DNA from: Octopus sinensis | Lineage: Eukaryota | Reading direction: 5' to 3' | Assembly (NCBI RefSeq): GCF_006345805.1 | Contig: NC_043005.1 | Coordinates: 45,136,001-45,200,000, forward strand | DNA length: 64,000 nucleotides | In this document: one piece after another, positions 37,737-52,192 of the stretch | Layout: each line of letters starts with the position of its first letter | How positions within the stretch are numbered: the first letter of the stretch is position 1 | Translations under genes and position numbers: made by a program | The notes under the pieces: model-generated | Database searches by the model: none | The model's input: the letters and a program-made list of their open reading frames with translations, nothing else | Told to the model about the DNA's origin: nothing

Positions 37737-39568
37737 AATGATTTCAAAATAGGTTTGACTTCATTATTATCACACACATACACACACATACACACATAAA
37801 ACATGTTTCTTCTAATTGAAATTTTGATGTTCTTCGCCAGCTTGATCAAAATGATAAATTGAGAAATACTGTTTCAGAAAATTTAACTTTACTGAATAAT
37901 TTGAGAGGACTTTATGATACACAATGCATTGTGAGAAATCTTTTTCACTCTTTCTTGTACCAGTGAAACCACATTCGATATATGATCCACTGCATAGCCA
38001 TTTTCCACTTCCTCAGGTCACCAAAATTACCTAGATGAAAAATAAATATTTAAGTAATTAGCTGAATATCTCCAAAATGATCTAGATGTTAAAATAGCAT
38101 TTAGATTTAATAAACTTATAAAAAAGCACTTGCTTTCAATCAATTCAACACAGTTATCAATCAGATTATATATTTCACATATTGATCAGACCATCAGATG
38201 CCGTTATACACCACTGGTCATGATGTACTCTCACTTCTGTCTTGATTACATTATCATTTTCCATCATGACCCAAATTGCTTAACTGAAGAGGTAATAAGA
38301 GACTTGCCCACCTAGCCAGCAAAGTGGCTTCGTCTTGAAAGAGAAAACAATGCAAGGAAATGAGCCTCAATATCCTGCAGGGCAGTTGGACTGCTCCATG
38401 GTGGCTGAATGAAATCCAAGCAATCAGAGGCTGCTAAGAATCTGAGGTACCCATAGGCCACCAAAGAATCAGTTAACAGCCCTTGCCGTACATACCTACA
38501 ACTGCAGGTCTTTGGTAGGGAAAAACCAGAATGAATTTGTAAGTACTTATCAAAGATAAAAGAAAGAAGTTTTCTGGCGGTACAAAGTTTGTTAACTTCT
38601 GACATGGAAACAGTTTGGTGGTAGTAGCAATAAGCAAGGCAAATAAGAATAATCAAATTACATGTCTAGTGTTGGCTCTTGGAAGCTGAATACCTGGCTT
38701 ACAAAACACAAGAGTGACATTTAGTTGGTTGTGGTTACTTCAAATTTGCAGTGATTTTTCTAAACTTCCCATAACCAAATTTGAGAGCCCCTACTCTAGA
38801 CAACAAACAAACTCTCTGCCTTTTCCAGAAGCTGTAAATGAAAACAAGTAGTTTATTCCATAAAATCCTGTAGTGTAGTGCATCAGATTTGAAATACTTG
38901 AATGCTCCACTGTAAAAGAAATTCACAAAACTAATTTGCAAGTGCATCTGTTGCCAGATTGTGCACTAAATGCTTCTGAGATAGCGCAAGGAGGGAGTGC
39001 CAACAATGCAGTCATTCATGAGAAATGATTTAATTAACTTCTTTATCTTCAAATTGTTGGATTTATTGGAAAGCAGCATAAGCCAAGCTTTAATATTGCA
39101 TTCTATTTGAACAGTGAAGTCAGCAGGTACAAAACTTTGTCAGTGCACACTTAATTTTCTCATGGATTGATTATAGCATATTGATAATGAGGTGAATTTG
39201 TGAGGATACATACACAGATATATAGATGAAGGACTACTTGAAGACATATAGGGAATAAAGACAAGCATATAGAAATAGTCATCCCCTAAAAACTATTTAT
39301 CAGATGACTAAATAAAGCAGCAGAATTTTAATTTTTTTTTTTTTTACATTTCTTACATTTTCACATCAAATTTTGATGCATCATCATCACTATTATTCTA
39401 ATTGTCACAATTTTTCTTATTAATATGATAATTAGAACTGAGCAATTAGTAATGGGTAATGGTAGAAATAGTAGACTAGTAGACTAAATGTCTAACAGTA
39501 TAAATTTGTCTTCTTTGTTTATAGTTCAAATGTTGTGGTTATATATACTTGTTAAATGTTGCACTTAG

Positions 39569-39696
39569 CTGGAATTGATATGAGATTTGAAACTTCCGAG
39601 AACTTGCACTTGAGAGCTATGCTGCAGGCAAGTTTGATGAAGCAATTTGCATTCCATTTGCAATATGATTCAGAAACATTGTTCCATTGGAACCCA
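39569..39696 (+). CDS. Candidate internal exon of an unidentified host gene
   Basis: gcacttag| ... cca|gtaagt; 128 nt, open frame GIDMRFETSENLHLRAMLQASLMKQFAFHLQYDSETLFHWNP. Confidence 0.25.
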
Positions 39697-40894
39697 GTAA
39701 GTTCAAATCCCTATTAGGGTTCATTTTTCCCTTTAAGTCTTTCATTGGTTAGTAGAAAAAAAAAAACCTGTTTATGTACTGGAATTGATTCATGTGACTA
39801 TATCCCTCCCCTATAAAGTTATAGTCTCATGACGAATCAATAACATTATCAGTATAACTTTCATCATCATCATCCATCATCATCATTATCAGCATCATCA
39901 CCACAACCACTATCACCATCACCAACATCATTAACATCATCATCATCATCATCGTTGTTATCCTCAATTATACTATCATTGATTGAGCACTCAACATAAA
40001 TGCTATTCAAACTTGTGTTGACTTACTGGATACATTACTAAGTTTTTTTTTATATATTGAGTTTCATTGATGAGTATGATAATCAGCGTCAGCCACCACC
40101 ACCACCACACCACCACCACCACCACTGGTTTAGGTTTAGCCTTATCTGCATATAATTTAATTTTTTTATTCTTTTGCTGGTTTCAATCATTGGATGGAAG
40201 CCATGGTGTAGCACCACCTGCATCTTGATCATATTAACGCCAGAGTTTATTTCAGTCAGGTATATACTTTATCGACATTACTGTTTGTTAATCTGTTAAG
40301 TTACAGGACATAAAGAAACACAATATAAACAACATTTTCTAATACAGTGTGAGCACAAATGCACTCATACACACATTCACACATATTCACACACATTCAC
40401 ACATACACACATATATATATACATACAAATATAAATGTGTGTGTCATAGCAGTGTAGTAAGAAATTTACTTCCCAACTTCTGGGTTCGGTCTCATTACAT
40501 GGCACCTTTGGCAAGGGTCTTTTATTATAACCTTGGGCCAAACAAAGCCTTGTGAATGGATTTCATAGACAGAAACTGAAAGAAGCCCATCAAACATATA
40601 TACATATATACATACATGCATACATGCATACATCCATCCATCCATCCATACATACATACATACATACATACATACATACATACATACATACATACATACA
40701 TACATACATACATACAGAGTCCACAGATGAAATCCAAAGGTTCTCTATATAGACATCACTTAGTAGTGCTCAAAAGATTCAAACTTAGACACCAATGTGT
40801 TTATAGGGGATTGATTCCACAAAGAAAAGAAAAACTATAAGAGGGATCAAGTTGAGGGGTCAATTATGCAGAGAATTGCCTCTACATATATATA

Positions 40895-41773
40895 CAGGGT
40901 GCAGTGAATATATTGCTGTCTAAATTACGCAAAAATGAAAATAACACTGACATCTCATTTTAACAGGTATATTTAACAAAATTATATATAAATATACTGA
41001 ATTACTAAAGAGTAAATATATTCAATAAAATTGCCATTGGCTTCAACCATGGCCTCCGGATGACTTTGGAATTTCCTGCAACTCTTTTGGCTGGTGTCTT
41101 TGCTTAAGTTGGTGAATGCTGCCATAATCCTTGCCTTCAGTTCATCCTTGATGTTACAAGGAGTTTTGTTGGTCTCAAGTGCACTCCACACATAATAATC
41201 AAGGGGGTTGCAGTCTAGAGAGTTAAGTGGTCAGATGTTAGGGGTGATGTGGTTGCAGAAATTGTCTAACAGCCATGACTTGGTTCTCCTGCTTGTATAG
41301 CATGGTGCAGAGTCCTGTTGCTAGACATAGGGTCTTCCAGCAGCTACCTTCTTGACCCAGGGCAGCACTAACTCCTCCAGGCACTTGATGTAGGCCTCCA
41401 TGTTGAGTCTGAAGCCAGATGGGAAGATGGATGGAGGCATAACGTCACCATCACTAGTGATCACTCCAAACACCATGATGTTGAATGGACGTTTGATTTT
41501 TATCTCTCCCAGTACATGTTTTAGGGACACAGCAAGCCAACAGTGGTTCTGTGTGTTCACCATCTGTTTGTATTGGAGCTTCTGTCGTGAATGTCAAGCA
41601 GCACAGCATGTCATTTCCAAATTTCTGATTGACTGAACTACATCATGGTGGTGTTTTTCTTACAGATAATGCCCAACTGACCCTACTATACTGTGTAGTC
41701 AACAAAATCAAAAACAAACAATGCACATGAATGAAATTAAAAGTATGAAATGGCGACAATTTCACCATGTGTG
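40895..41773 (-). mobile_element. Tc1/mariner (maT/DD37D-like) element, internally deleted, pseudogenised transposase
   Basis: ORFs with IMVFGVITSDGDVMPP..AYIKCLEELVLPW, QQDSAPC, NPLDYYVWS and EAMVEANGNFIE; TA|cagggtg terminus. Confidence 0.88.
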
Positions 41774-41780
41774 TATATAA

Positions 41781-41821
<41 letters not shown>

Positions 41822-42059
41822 TCATGTATATCAGCATGAATATACATAAATATCCGAGTTACAGAAGTGTTGTCATTACACATGGCATTTTGGGGGTATT
41901 TTAAACCTGGTAGAGTCCATCTCTGTCAGGTCTGAACACAGCTGATATATTTGAGAGAGTGAGAGTGGGGAGGGAGAGAGAGAAAGTTGACCTGTGTACT
42001 CGACAAGTACTTTATTTATCAAGTTCATGAGGTTGAAGTGTAAAGGTGACCTCAGCAGT

Positions 42060-42430
42060 TTGACTAAAACTTGTAAGCTGTAGGGCTACATTTGATTCCA
42101 ATCTGATTTGCCATGGTTTCTACATCTTGATGCTCTTCATAATGCCAACCACTCCAAGAGTGTAATGGGTTCTTTTTACATGCCAATAGCATGGGTGTTA
42201 GGTACGCAACACTGGCATTGGCGACAACTACAATTTCTCTTGGCTTGATGGGTCTTCTCAAGTACATCATACAACCAAAGTTCCCGGTTACTTGTCATTG
42301 CCTTCGTGAGGCCCAACATTTAAAGATCATGATTCACATTTTGTCCCATGACTTCCTGGGTCTACCCCTTCCACAAGTTCCCTCCACAATTAGAGATCAG
42401 CACTTCTTTACACAGCTGTCCTCATCTGGC
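42060..42430 (-). mobile_element. RTE LINE 3' fragment
   Basis: Minus EDSCVKKC..VEGTCGRGRPRKSWD, followed by the RTE 3' UTR. Confidence 0.8.
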
Positions 42431-43095
42431 AACAATGACAATGGTGATAACAATTATGAAAGTGACAACTATAACAGGTTGATGGATACAGGTTTCAGAT
42501 TTATCATTAAGCTATCGATTATATCATCATCATCATCCATCAACCTATTTGTGTTGTTAACAAAAAAACACAAGAAAGTATGCAAACACTGCTGTATCAG
42601 AAATATTGGTTTCAAATTTTGCCACAAGGTTAGTAGTTTTGAGGGAAGGGTTAAGTCAATTAAATCAATCCCAGTGTTCAATTAGTATTTATTTTGTTGA
42701 CCCAAGAAGGATGAAAGATAAACTTTGACCTCAGCAGCATTTGAACACAGGATGTATAGATAGATGAAATATTGCTTAGAATTTTGCTCAGCATGCTAGC
42801 AATTTTGCCCCTTTGCTGCCTTCCTTGTATTAGAATTATTGATTTTAAAAATTTTGGCACAAGGCCAGCAATTTCGGGGGTGGGGGTAAATCGATTACAT
42901 TGACCCCAGTATTCAACTGGTGCTTATTTCTTTAACCCTAAAAGGATGACATGCAAAATCAACCTAAGAGGAATTTGAACTCAGAACATGAAGACAGACG
43001 AAATGCTAAGCTTGTTAGCAGAATCATTAGCACACTGGATCAGAAATTTTGCCAGAAAGAAATTATTAGTTAATACTTTTAAAAGTGGTAAAATA

Positions 43096-43661
43096 TTGGG
43101 TTGTCTGGAAAGTTTGTGACGATTTTTAAAGGAAAGAAAAAGGTCAATAAATACTTGCCATTACATTTTTAATCAACCAAATATGAACCATTTTGTTGCA
43201 CAATGCGTCTCCATCTTTCCTCTAACTTGAAAATACCCTCTTCCCAGAATTGAGGTTGTTTCATGGCAAAGAATTCATCAAGGTATCTTTTTACGTCATC
43301 CAAGGAATTGAAATTTTTACCATTAAGACTATTCTGCAGAGACCTGAATAAGTAGAAATCTGAAGGAGCAATATCTCATGGATATGGAGGGTGGGGTAAC
43401 ACATCCCAGCCGAGCTGCAGCAATTTTTGTCTGGTTCCCAAAGCATCAAGTGCCAAAAATGAACTTTCTTATCTTCCATTTTAAAAGGTTACATAATTAA
43501 CGCAGGTTATAGGAACATAAACCTTCTTCCACGAAAAGATAGCTTAAACTGTACACTAAATGGAGGTGTAGTCAAATCCTATTTTATGGACTCAACCATG
43601 TTCTTAAATAAGTCGAAAGGTAAGCTACTATAAATCGGCATGAACTTTCCAGACAACCCAC
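43096..43661 (-). mobile_element. Internally deleted mariner with both TIRs
   Basis: TA|ttgggttgtctggaaagtttgtgacgattt ... aaatcggcatgaactttccagacaacccac|TA; remnant transposase C-terminus. Confidence 0.85.
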
Positions 43662-46080
43662 TAACTTTGTTACTGAGTTTCAGTTATTTTGCCAAAACAA
43701 TTAATATGAGCCCCATTTGTTTGATTGTGACAGCACATGGCTTAGTAGTTAAGGTATTCAACTCAAGATCATATAGTTGTGAGTTTGATTCCTAGAGGTC
43801 TTGAGCAAGACACTTTATTTCATGTTGCTCCCGTCAACTCAGCTGACAAAAATGAGTAGCATATGTATTTCAAAGGACCAGCCTTGTCACATTCTGTGTC
43901 ACACTGAATTTTCCTGAGAACAACGTTAAGGATACACATGTCTGGGGACTGCTCATCACTTGCATGTTAATTTAACGAGTTAGCTGTTCCATTGATCAGA
44001 GTTTTCTTCATTTTTTGATAGAAATTGAGGCAAAGAAGTGTGGCAAGAATGGTAGGCAGTTGGACCAGCATTTCATTCTCTTCCACAATGTTCAATATTT
44101 TAATTTTGTAAATACTTCTCTCCAACATATTTTTGATTTTGTGCCAGTTATAGGAATCAATAGTGAATAGAAGAAAAAACTGTATCTCAACCAGCCATAT
44201 TCGGCTAAAATAATTTACCTATTTTACCTTCAAACTGACCAGATCCATCCTCTCACACTTACCCTACAATATTATTCTAAAAATAAACAATCACATCATT
44301 GAAATCTCAGAGCTACAAGGTAATGCATGACTAATTTTTATCAACGTGAATAAATAAGCATTTCATTTAACAGAGGAATCTGAATGCTAAAGGGTTAAAC
44401 ATCTGTATCCCAAATAAAATTGTATGAATTATTTATATTCCACTGTTGAGAAAATTCAAAGAAAATGTTACATATTTAGTTTCTAAATTAAGGTTTTAAA
44501 AACATGGCTTTCTAGAAAAAGAAAATAGGGTTAAAACTGAAGTCTCTAAATTCCACTTACCCTATTAGTATACCTTTAAAATTTTTAGTTATTTAATTAT
44601 AACAAGGTTTTCAAACTGCTATAGAAGACCCTTTGTAGATAACTAAGGTTCACACAGAAATAACTGACGAACAGTGAAACTGCTCTCTAATTTGATGCTG
44701 CAAACTAGACAGAGTGTTAATTTAGCTCATAAATTCATGCTAATAGTAAGAAATATTGTCTAATTAAATAATTGAAAAGCACATACCATCTAAATCAACT
44801 AATTTGAGATTAGGATAAAACCAAATTTTTTAACAAAGTCTAGTTAAAAGCAGGAATTCTCAATAATATCTTGGTATTTCTGTACACAAATTGGCATTCA
44901 AATTTTCATCAGTTGTAATTTTCATTTTCATCTTGAACAGTTACAGGACTAAAACAAGGAAAGGATTTTATTTTCATTAAATCAAAGTATTTAAGACTAC
45001 AAACTTTAAGTTGTTTCACTTCAGAAATCTATAATTATGGCACAATTTCTTAATTGAAAACTTCTGCATTGCAACAACGTTTAGATAAAACTATGTTTGA
45101 AGCATTAGATGCAAGTACAAGTTGCTCATATACTTCTCTTGCAAGTTTAGATTTGTTTTATAATGTGGAAATAAATTAAACACTAGAGCATACCACTCTT
45201 ATATTACCATGATTTTGGATAATGGAGCTGAAATATAGGCTTGTCACATCAATATATTTAAACTTGTCCGTATTTCAAGTCATTAAAATCTACTCTCAAA
45301 GATATGCCTTACTTTTCAATGAGCTACTCTCTCCTCTAATTGTCCTGATTTTTAAATTTCACAAAATTTGCTTCTACAAATTGTAAGGAACATAATTTTC
45401 TTCTTCCTTCATACAATAGTTTTATATAAATAAGAGTTCATTACAAAGTAAGCTCTTAGACAATGGGAAAGAATTTTGAAAAATATAAAATTAATTACAC
45501 AGGGGAACAAAACAACATTTATTTTATTTTCACAAGAATGAAAATAGCTGATTCTTATAGTAATTTTTGTGCTGAGTCCAAATAAGTTTGTTATATTTTT
45601 GTATCAGGTCAGACTTTTATGTGGTGTTCAATTTAATTTTTAAAGACATCTAGTTACACATTTATTAAAATACAATGGAAAATACATAGCTGTATTTTAA
45701 AAAATAACTTGGCTTCATTTCCTGCTGTACTTTGCCTTAGGTATGCCTCTCTTGCTAGTAGTCAGCAAGTAAACTGGGTTCCAGCTGCCTTAGTAATGCT
45801 TTTTCATAATAGAAATATCTTGAACCGTATTTGATGCTTATCACACCCAATTCTATCAGGTAAAATGTTCAAGTAAGAGTCTAATATAGAATACAGTATC
45901 TTTAATAAGATGCTGTGCTTCATTGCATTCTTTGGTTATTCTTAAGAAGGTTACCTATTTTTAGAGAATAATTTTCACCCTTGGAATTTCCCAAAATGTT
46001 TTGAAACATTACCACACAGATTTTTAAATTCTTTCAACTCACTTCCTGAATCTATTACTTAACAATTTTCTGATTTCAAG

Positions 46081-46151
46081 CTTACAAAAATTTTTGAAGA
46101 AAAGCGTTTTTTGATCCTGACCGCACTGATCCCAAGAAACTTATTTCTCAG
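46081..46151 (+). CDS. Candidate small exon
   Basis: ttttctgatttcaag| ... cag|gtactt; open frame LTKIFEEKRFLILTALIPRNLFL, or KAFFDPDRTDPKKLISQ from a downstream AG. Confidence 0.15.
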
Positions 46152-46898
46152 GTACTTGAATCCAATTTGCACATTATCTATCATTATAACAAGATTTTCA
46201 TATCTCCAAGCTTGATGTGCAGAGTAAGAAGAGACACTTTTTAGGGCCAACATGTGAACTGCTCAAAACATTATTTTCTTATCTGGAACAAGTGAAGTAG
46301 GATTCATTTAGTTCTTCTGATCATTGTAATTTTGATAGTCTTTGCTGTCCAACTCACATCAAAAGACACAAGAACACTTGGTGTAACCCAGTTATACTAA
46401 TAGCAAAAATGCAATGACCTTCAGGTTTTCACAGATATTGAACTTCTAAAAGTAACATCAGGTGGTCATTTAACATTTTCATGTTTTCTTCATCATCATC
46501 ATCATCATCATCATCATCTAAAAATGTTGCTGCTTGCCTAGTCTACTAATTTGGCCAAATTTATCTCATTAATATTATCAGAACTTACTTCCTAAATGAA
46601 TTAACTGTCACCAGCCTTGCTGGTTAATGCAACATATATCTTTTATCAGTTATTTTTTTCCTTGTTTCAATCACTAGACTGCAGCTATGTGGGGGTGCTG
46701 CCTTGAAGAATTTTTAGTCAAATGAACCGACCCTAAAACTCATATTTCTTTTATAAGCCTGGTATTTATTCTATTGGTCTCTTTTGCCAAACTGCTAAGT
46801 TACAGTGACATAAACACCCCAACACTAGTTGCCAAGCAGTGGTGGGGATAAACACAGATACAAAGGCACACAGACACAGACACAAAGGTGCACACACA

Positions 46899-46946
<48 letters not shown>

Positions 46947-47429
46947 ACACACACACACACCACACACACACATATACGACAGGCTGCAGTCAGTTTGTGT
47001 CTACTAAATCCACTATAGAGGAAGACACTTGCCCAAAGTGCCATGCAGTAGGACTGAACCTAGAACCATGTGGCTGAGATGCAAACTTCTTACCACACAG
47101 CTATGCTTGTGTCAATATATATTATTATTAAAGTTCTTAATTACAATTATATTAATTGATTTATTTTATTTTTATCCAGCAATTATCCTAGATGAGGGGG
47201 AAATATGCATAGCATCACAAGAATGCTAAATCTGATTGTAAAAAAGTTTGATATCATATTTAGATTCAGCATACAAAAGTACTCCTGGAACACCCATCTA
47301 AAGCTCAATGACAAAATTATTGTTGTTCAGTGTAATTAAAATTTATTTAAGATAATATGTAGAGGTAACTATATAAACAATTGATGGTTTTAGTTTGCAG
47401 TGAATATTCATCCATCTATCTCTTTTCTC

Positions 47430-47870
47430 TACCTTCAGAGAGTCATGGGGTTACAGTCCTCAAGCACTTCCTTCATAGGGTCTTAGCAAAAACAACTCTC
47501 ATAAGACATTCTCGCTGGATTTCCAAGCATGACGAAATGTGACTGTGGATATTATCCAACCATCTCATCCTTAGTCTATCTCTAGGTCTCCAGCCAACTT
47601 GGCTTGACTCAGCTTGAAGAATTCATTTTTTGATTCTTTCTTGCGACATTCTAAACATACATCTATAGTTCCAGAGCTGAGACCTCTCAATGCAGAGAAG
47701 TAGTGTCTTGAGCAGGAAAGACTCTCTGCTATCTGAGCTATTTAACTGGTCAAGTAAACATTATTCCAGGGACCCTTCACAGAGGCCTTATTTCAGCTGC
47801 TTGTTGTTTGTGTGCAGTGAACATCTGCCTCAGATTCCATGATTTATAGAAAAACAAAACAGTGGGTTGA
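47430..47870 (-). mobile_element. Old RTE (BovB-like) LINE fragment
   Basis: Minus-strand remnant containing MRWLDNI after a degenerate G.R.RGRP motif. Confidence 0.6.
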
Positions 47871-50065
47871 CATAATTGTGTATTTAAATCATCATCATCC
47901 CTTTCTACTCTAGGCACAAAGCCCGAAATTTTTTGGGAGATGGCCAGTCGATTAGATCGACCCCATTACACAACTGGTACTTAATTTATCGACCTCGAAA
48001 GGATGAAAGGCAAAGTTGACCTTGATGAAATTTGAACACAGAACGTAAAGACAGACGAAATACTGATAGGCGTTTCGTCTGGCGTGCTAACGTTTGTGCC
48101 AGCTCGCTGCCTTATTAAATCATCATCAACGCCATCCTCAACATCATCATCGTCATTGTCATCATCATGCTCATGATTATCCTCAACATTATTCTCATCA
48201 TCATCATCATCATTTAATGTCCATTTTCCATACTGGCAAGGGTTGGACAGTTTGACAGGAGCTGGCAAACCAGAGAACTGCACCAGACTTGAATTGTCTG
48301 TTTTGCCATGGTTTCTAACCACCTTACAGAATGTATAAGGTGCTTTTTATGTGGCACCAGTGCTTCATACACAACACCAGCATGTGTACTTTCAATATTT
48401 AGTTTCTCCCTTGGCTGAGATTCATTCCGCTAAGAGTTATAAAATAAGAACTTATAATTAGCACTGTTTAATTTAATTGACTGAAGTCCTGCTCCCAAAA
48501 TTTCTCAGAAATTATTATTTATAATAAGACATTTTGTATTTCAGATTATAACAAGTTATTAAATATCTCTAGATTTATGTATTCACCACGTATTTCCATT
48601 ATTATCAACCCATTACTCAAATATAATTAAACTCAGTTTATGTATAAATATTTAAGATATTGATCTTAATTATATGTATGATGACTTTAACATTATGACT
48701 AATATTATCTTCTCAAATGTCATCAACTGTTTAATGAGATCTTACACAAGATGGTCTCAGATTTATATTAGAGGACAAAAGAACCTAAAGCAATTATTTG
48801 GTGGAAGAGCTAATTTTAGTAGTCTAAAAACATACAAAACCTGTTATATTTACTTTTTATTTATTTCCTGATGAGTCAATGTTTTTATAGTCTATATTAG
48901 TGACTATATTTGTGACTAAGTTGTAAAGGGACAAAAAGAGAAAAAAAAGAAAATTTTGATGTCTCACAAAAATAAATGAAAAATGAATGTCTTCCTGTGA
49001 CTTTAGATAGTTAAATGACCCTTTTTCAATGTAAATATTCAAGTTTAAACATACACATGATGATGGAGGTGGTTGTGGATCTAGTGGAACCAACAGCAGC
49101 AGCAATGGTCATAGTAATGGCAGCAATGGTAAGATTGGCAGAAGGAGTTGCAGTGGCCACAGTGGTAGCAATGGTAGCAATGGCTGCACTCATCACTATG
49201 TCCACTAATGATAATTCTTCCTCTAGAATTCCCTTCTGTTTTTCCTCCCATTTTACTCTTTTACCCATTTCAGCCATTAGACTGTGTCCATTATCTTTTT
49301 AAAGTACTTATCTTTTTAAAGCCTGGTACTTATTCGATCAGTCTTTTTTTACTGAACCACTAAGTTACAGGGATGTAAACACACCAACACTGGCTATCAA
49401 GCAGTGGTGGGATACTCACACACACACACACAAATATATATGTATGTTTATGACAGGCTTCTTTCTGTTTCCAACGAGGCTTTGGTTGGGCCAAGGCTAT
49501 AGAAGAAGACACTTGCTTAGAGTACCATGTAGCGAGATTGAAACTGAAACTCTGTGGTTAGGAAGCAAGCTTCTTACCACACAACTACACACCTGCTTCC
49601 TACATTTTTTTCCAACATTTTTTTTGACACCTGCCTTAACTTGCAAACTATTCCAGAGTAATGTTAACCCCATCGATCTCACCAACCCTAGAAGGGCAGA
49701 GAAAGGACCATAAGTACATCCAAACTAAACCAATGTATAAAAGATAAAAATACAGTATTTTAATGATCCAATCCAATTGGGGAAATTGAAGTAATGAATA
49801 AATAGTTTAGCAGATCATTTAACAAAAACTAAAATTAGCAAACATTATAAAACTTCCAAGAATGTCACAGAGCCTCTCTCTCCTCCTCTCTTATTTCTTT
49901 TCTTTCCTCTCCCTCTCTCTCACCTAGTCTCCTTCTCCTCCCCACATTCTTTTTCTCTCTCTTTTTCTTTCAATTTCTTCTTCATTATGTTAGCCTCTAT
50001 TTTTTTCCTTTCCTTTCATCACCTGCTGATTTTTTACCCCTCTCTTTTGCATTCCTACAGGATTA

Positions 50066-50099
<34 letters not shown>

Positions 50100-50102
50100 T
50101 TC

Positions 50103-50150
<48 letters not shown>

Positions 50151-51098
50151 CCTACCTATCTATCTTTCACTCACTCATTTCCTCTCTTTCACTTTCTTAT
50201 TCACTGTCTCTTTCTCTCTCTTTCTCCCTCTCTTTTCTCACACTATCTTGTTCTCTCCATTCTTCTTTCTCTTTCTCTCTATCCCCTCTCTCTCTCACTC
50301 TATCTATCCTCCTCCTCTCTCTCTCTCCTCTCTCTCTCCCCTCTCTCTCTCTTTATTCCTACACATTCTCCTACACATGGAAAAGCCATCATTACCATTG
50401 CTGTCGTCATCAGCCTCCTCTACATTATTATACATGGATTGTGAAGGCATGTGGCTTAGTGGTTAGGGTATTTGGCTAACTACTTGTAAGCTCATGAGTT
50501 CAATTCCCACAGCACATCGTATCCTTGAGCAAGACACTTTATTTCATGTTGCTCCAGTTTACTCAGCTGGCAAAAATAAGTAGTACCTGTATTTCAAAGG
50601 GTCAGCCTTGTCACATTCTGCGTCACACTGAATTTCCTTGAAAACTACATTAAAGGTACACATGTCTGCGGAGTCTTGAGCACAAAACAGGTAAAATATT
50701 TGGGCTGGCTCACACTGGTGTTGCATAAAAAACACCCAGCACGCTCTGTAAAGTGGTTGGTGTTAGAAAGATCATCCAGCTGTAGAAACCATGCCAAAAC
50801 AGACAGGGAGTCTGAACAGCCCTCCAGCTGGTCAGCTCCTATCAAATCATCTAACCCATGCCAGCATGGAAAGCAGACTTTAAATGATGATGATGATGAT
50901 GATGATATGACTGGCTTAAATGCTAAAGGGTTATATGATATAAGAAGTCATTAGACTGTGACCATGCTGGAGCACTGCCTTCAAGACTTTTTAGTCAAAT
51001 GAATCGACCGTACTACTTATTTTTTTCTTTTAAGTCTTGTACTAATTCCCTACATTTCTTGCCAAACCTTTAAGTTAAGGTGATGTAAACAGACCATC

Positions 51099-51129
<31 letters not shown>

Positions 51130-51525
51130 CTAGCAGTATCGCCCGGTGTTGCTTGGGTTTGTAAGGGAAATAACTATATAAGCATTTTTAGAGATGTAAA
51201 GTATAATACCCATCTCAATATGGCTAACCACAAAGGGGGGGTGTTACTGTAGCTTTTTACGTTCTGAGATTTAATAATAAATTTTTAGAGAGTTACTTCC
51301 CTTATATATGCCAAAAATGCCCTAAAAATGGGAAAAAATGATGGTAAATTTTTTTTTAAATCGTAGACTCATCGTAGACACGCACTAATACCCAGAAGGG
51401 CTCGATATGAATCACGAATATAAGATACCCGGTTTTGGTTAAACTGCACCGCAAAATGTGGGAGTAGTTAGGAATCTAAATCGTAGGAGACAGACAGCAC
51501 ACAACCTTACTTTTATATATAAAGA
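51130..51525 (-). mobile_element. Complete non-autonomous Helitron (396 bp)
   Basis: Minus: a|TCtttatatataaaagtaagg... cccaagcaacaccggg cgatactgCTAG|t; A/T target site. Confidence 0.88.
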
Positions 51526-51688
51526 TATACATATATATCATATAAAAATTAGTGTACATTTAAACACAAAGAGGTGAGCCCTTAAACAGGTTGGCTTACA
51601 TACTAGAAAGAACAGTCAAAAAGTCCAAACCACAGTTAAGAACAATTTCAAAGGGAATGAAAAATCAAAAACATTTACCATGCTTTAC

Positions 51689-51760
51689 AGCCAGACCTCA
51701 GGTTTTGAATTTTAATTAGCAAATAAAATAATTTGCAAGGCGAAGTTCTTATCAGTAGAT
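51689..51760 (-). ncRNA. Decayed type I hammerhead (G8A and G12A core changes)
   Basis: Minus: aucua CUGAUAA gaac..uugcaaau-uauuuu-auuugcua..auuc AAAAC CUGAG GUC uggcu. Confidence 0.55.
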
Positions 51761-52192
51761 ACGCCAAAACATTAGCATATAAATTAGAGACCAAATAGCA
51801 CATGTCTCATCCTTATATATTATAATTTTTCAAATAAAAATTCCGATTAAATTTCAGAAATTGATATAATGGGCTTCTTTCAGGTTCCATTTATCAAATC
51901 CACTCACAAGGTTTTGGTCAGCCCAAGGCTATAGTTGAAGATACTTGCCCAAATAGACAGTACAAGTCTCATCTTTATACATTATAATTTTTCACATCTG
52001 CCATGCAAGCGTAGTTATAGTCGGCAGCAAATAAAAATATGGGCCAACTTTCTTCAAAATTACAAAAATCATATTAAGAGAATATATATAGGGTAGAAAA
52101 ATTAGAGAAATTTTCTACCAGTGGTTAGCATGCATAAAATAGTCAATAGACAACATATTATTCATATAAATTTATATGTTAATTGTAGTGCC

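Noticed and set aside
38130-39030. ORFs 38312-38656 and 38735-38947 as a coding exon
   Set aside because: No recognisable domain, no convincing splice pair, multiple stops in adjacent frames; may be UTR or an old repeat
44650-44690. CUGACGA acagu GAAAC hammerhead-like match
   Set aside because: Stem II is impossible (2 bp with 1-nt loop) and stem III does not pair
48860-48930. cctgatgagtca... hammerhead-like start
   Set aside because: No GAAA after the putative stem II and no stem I/III
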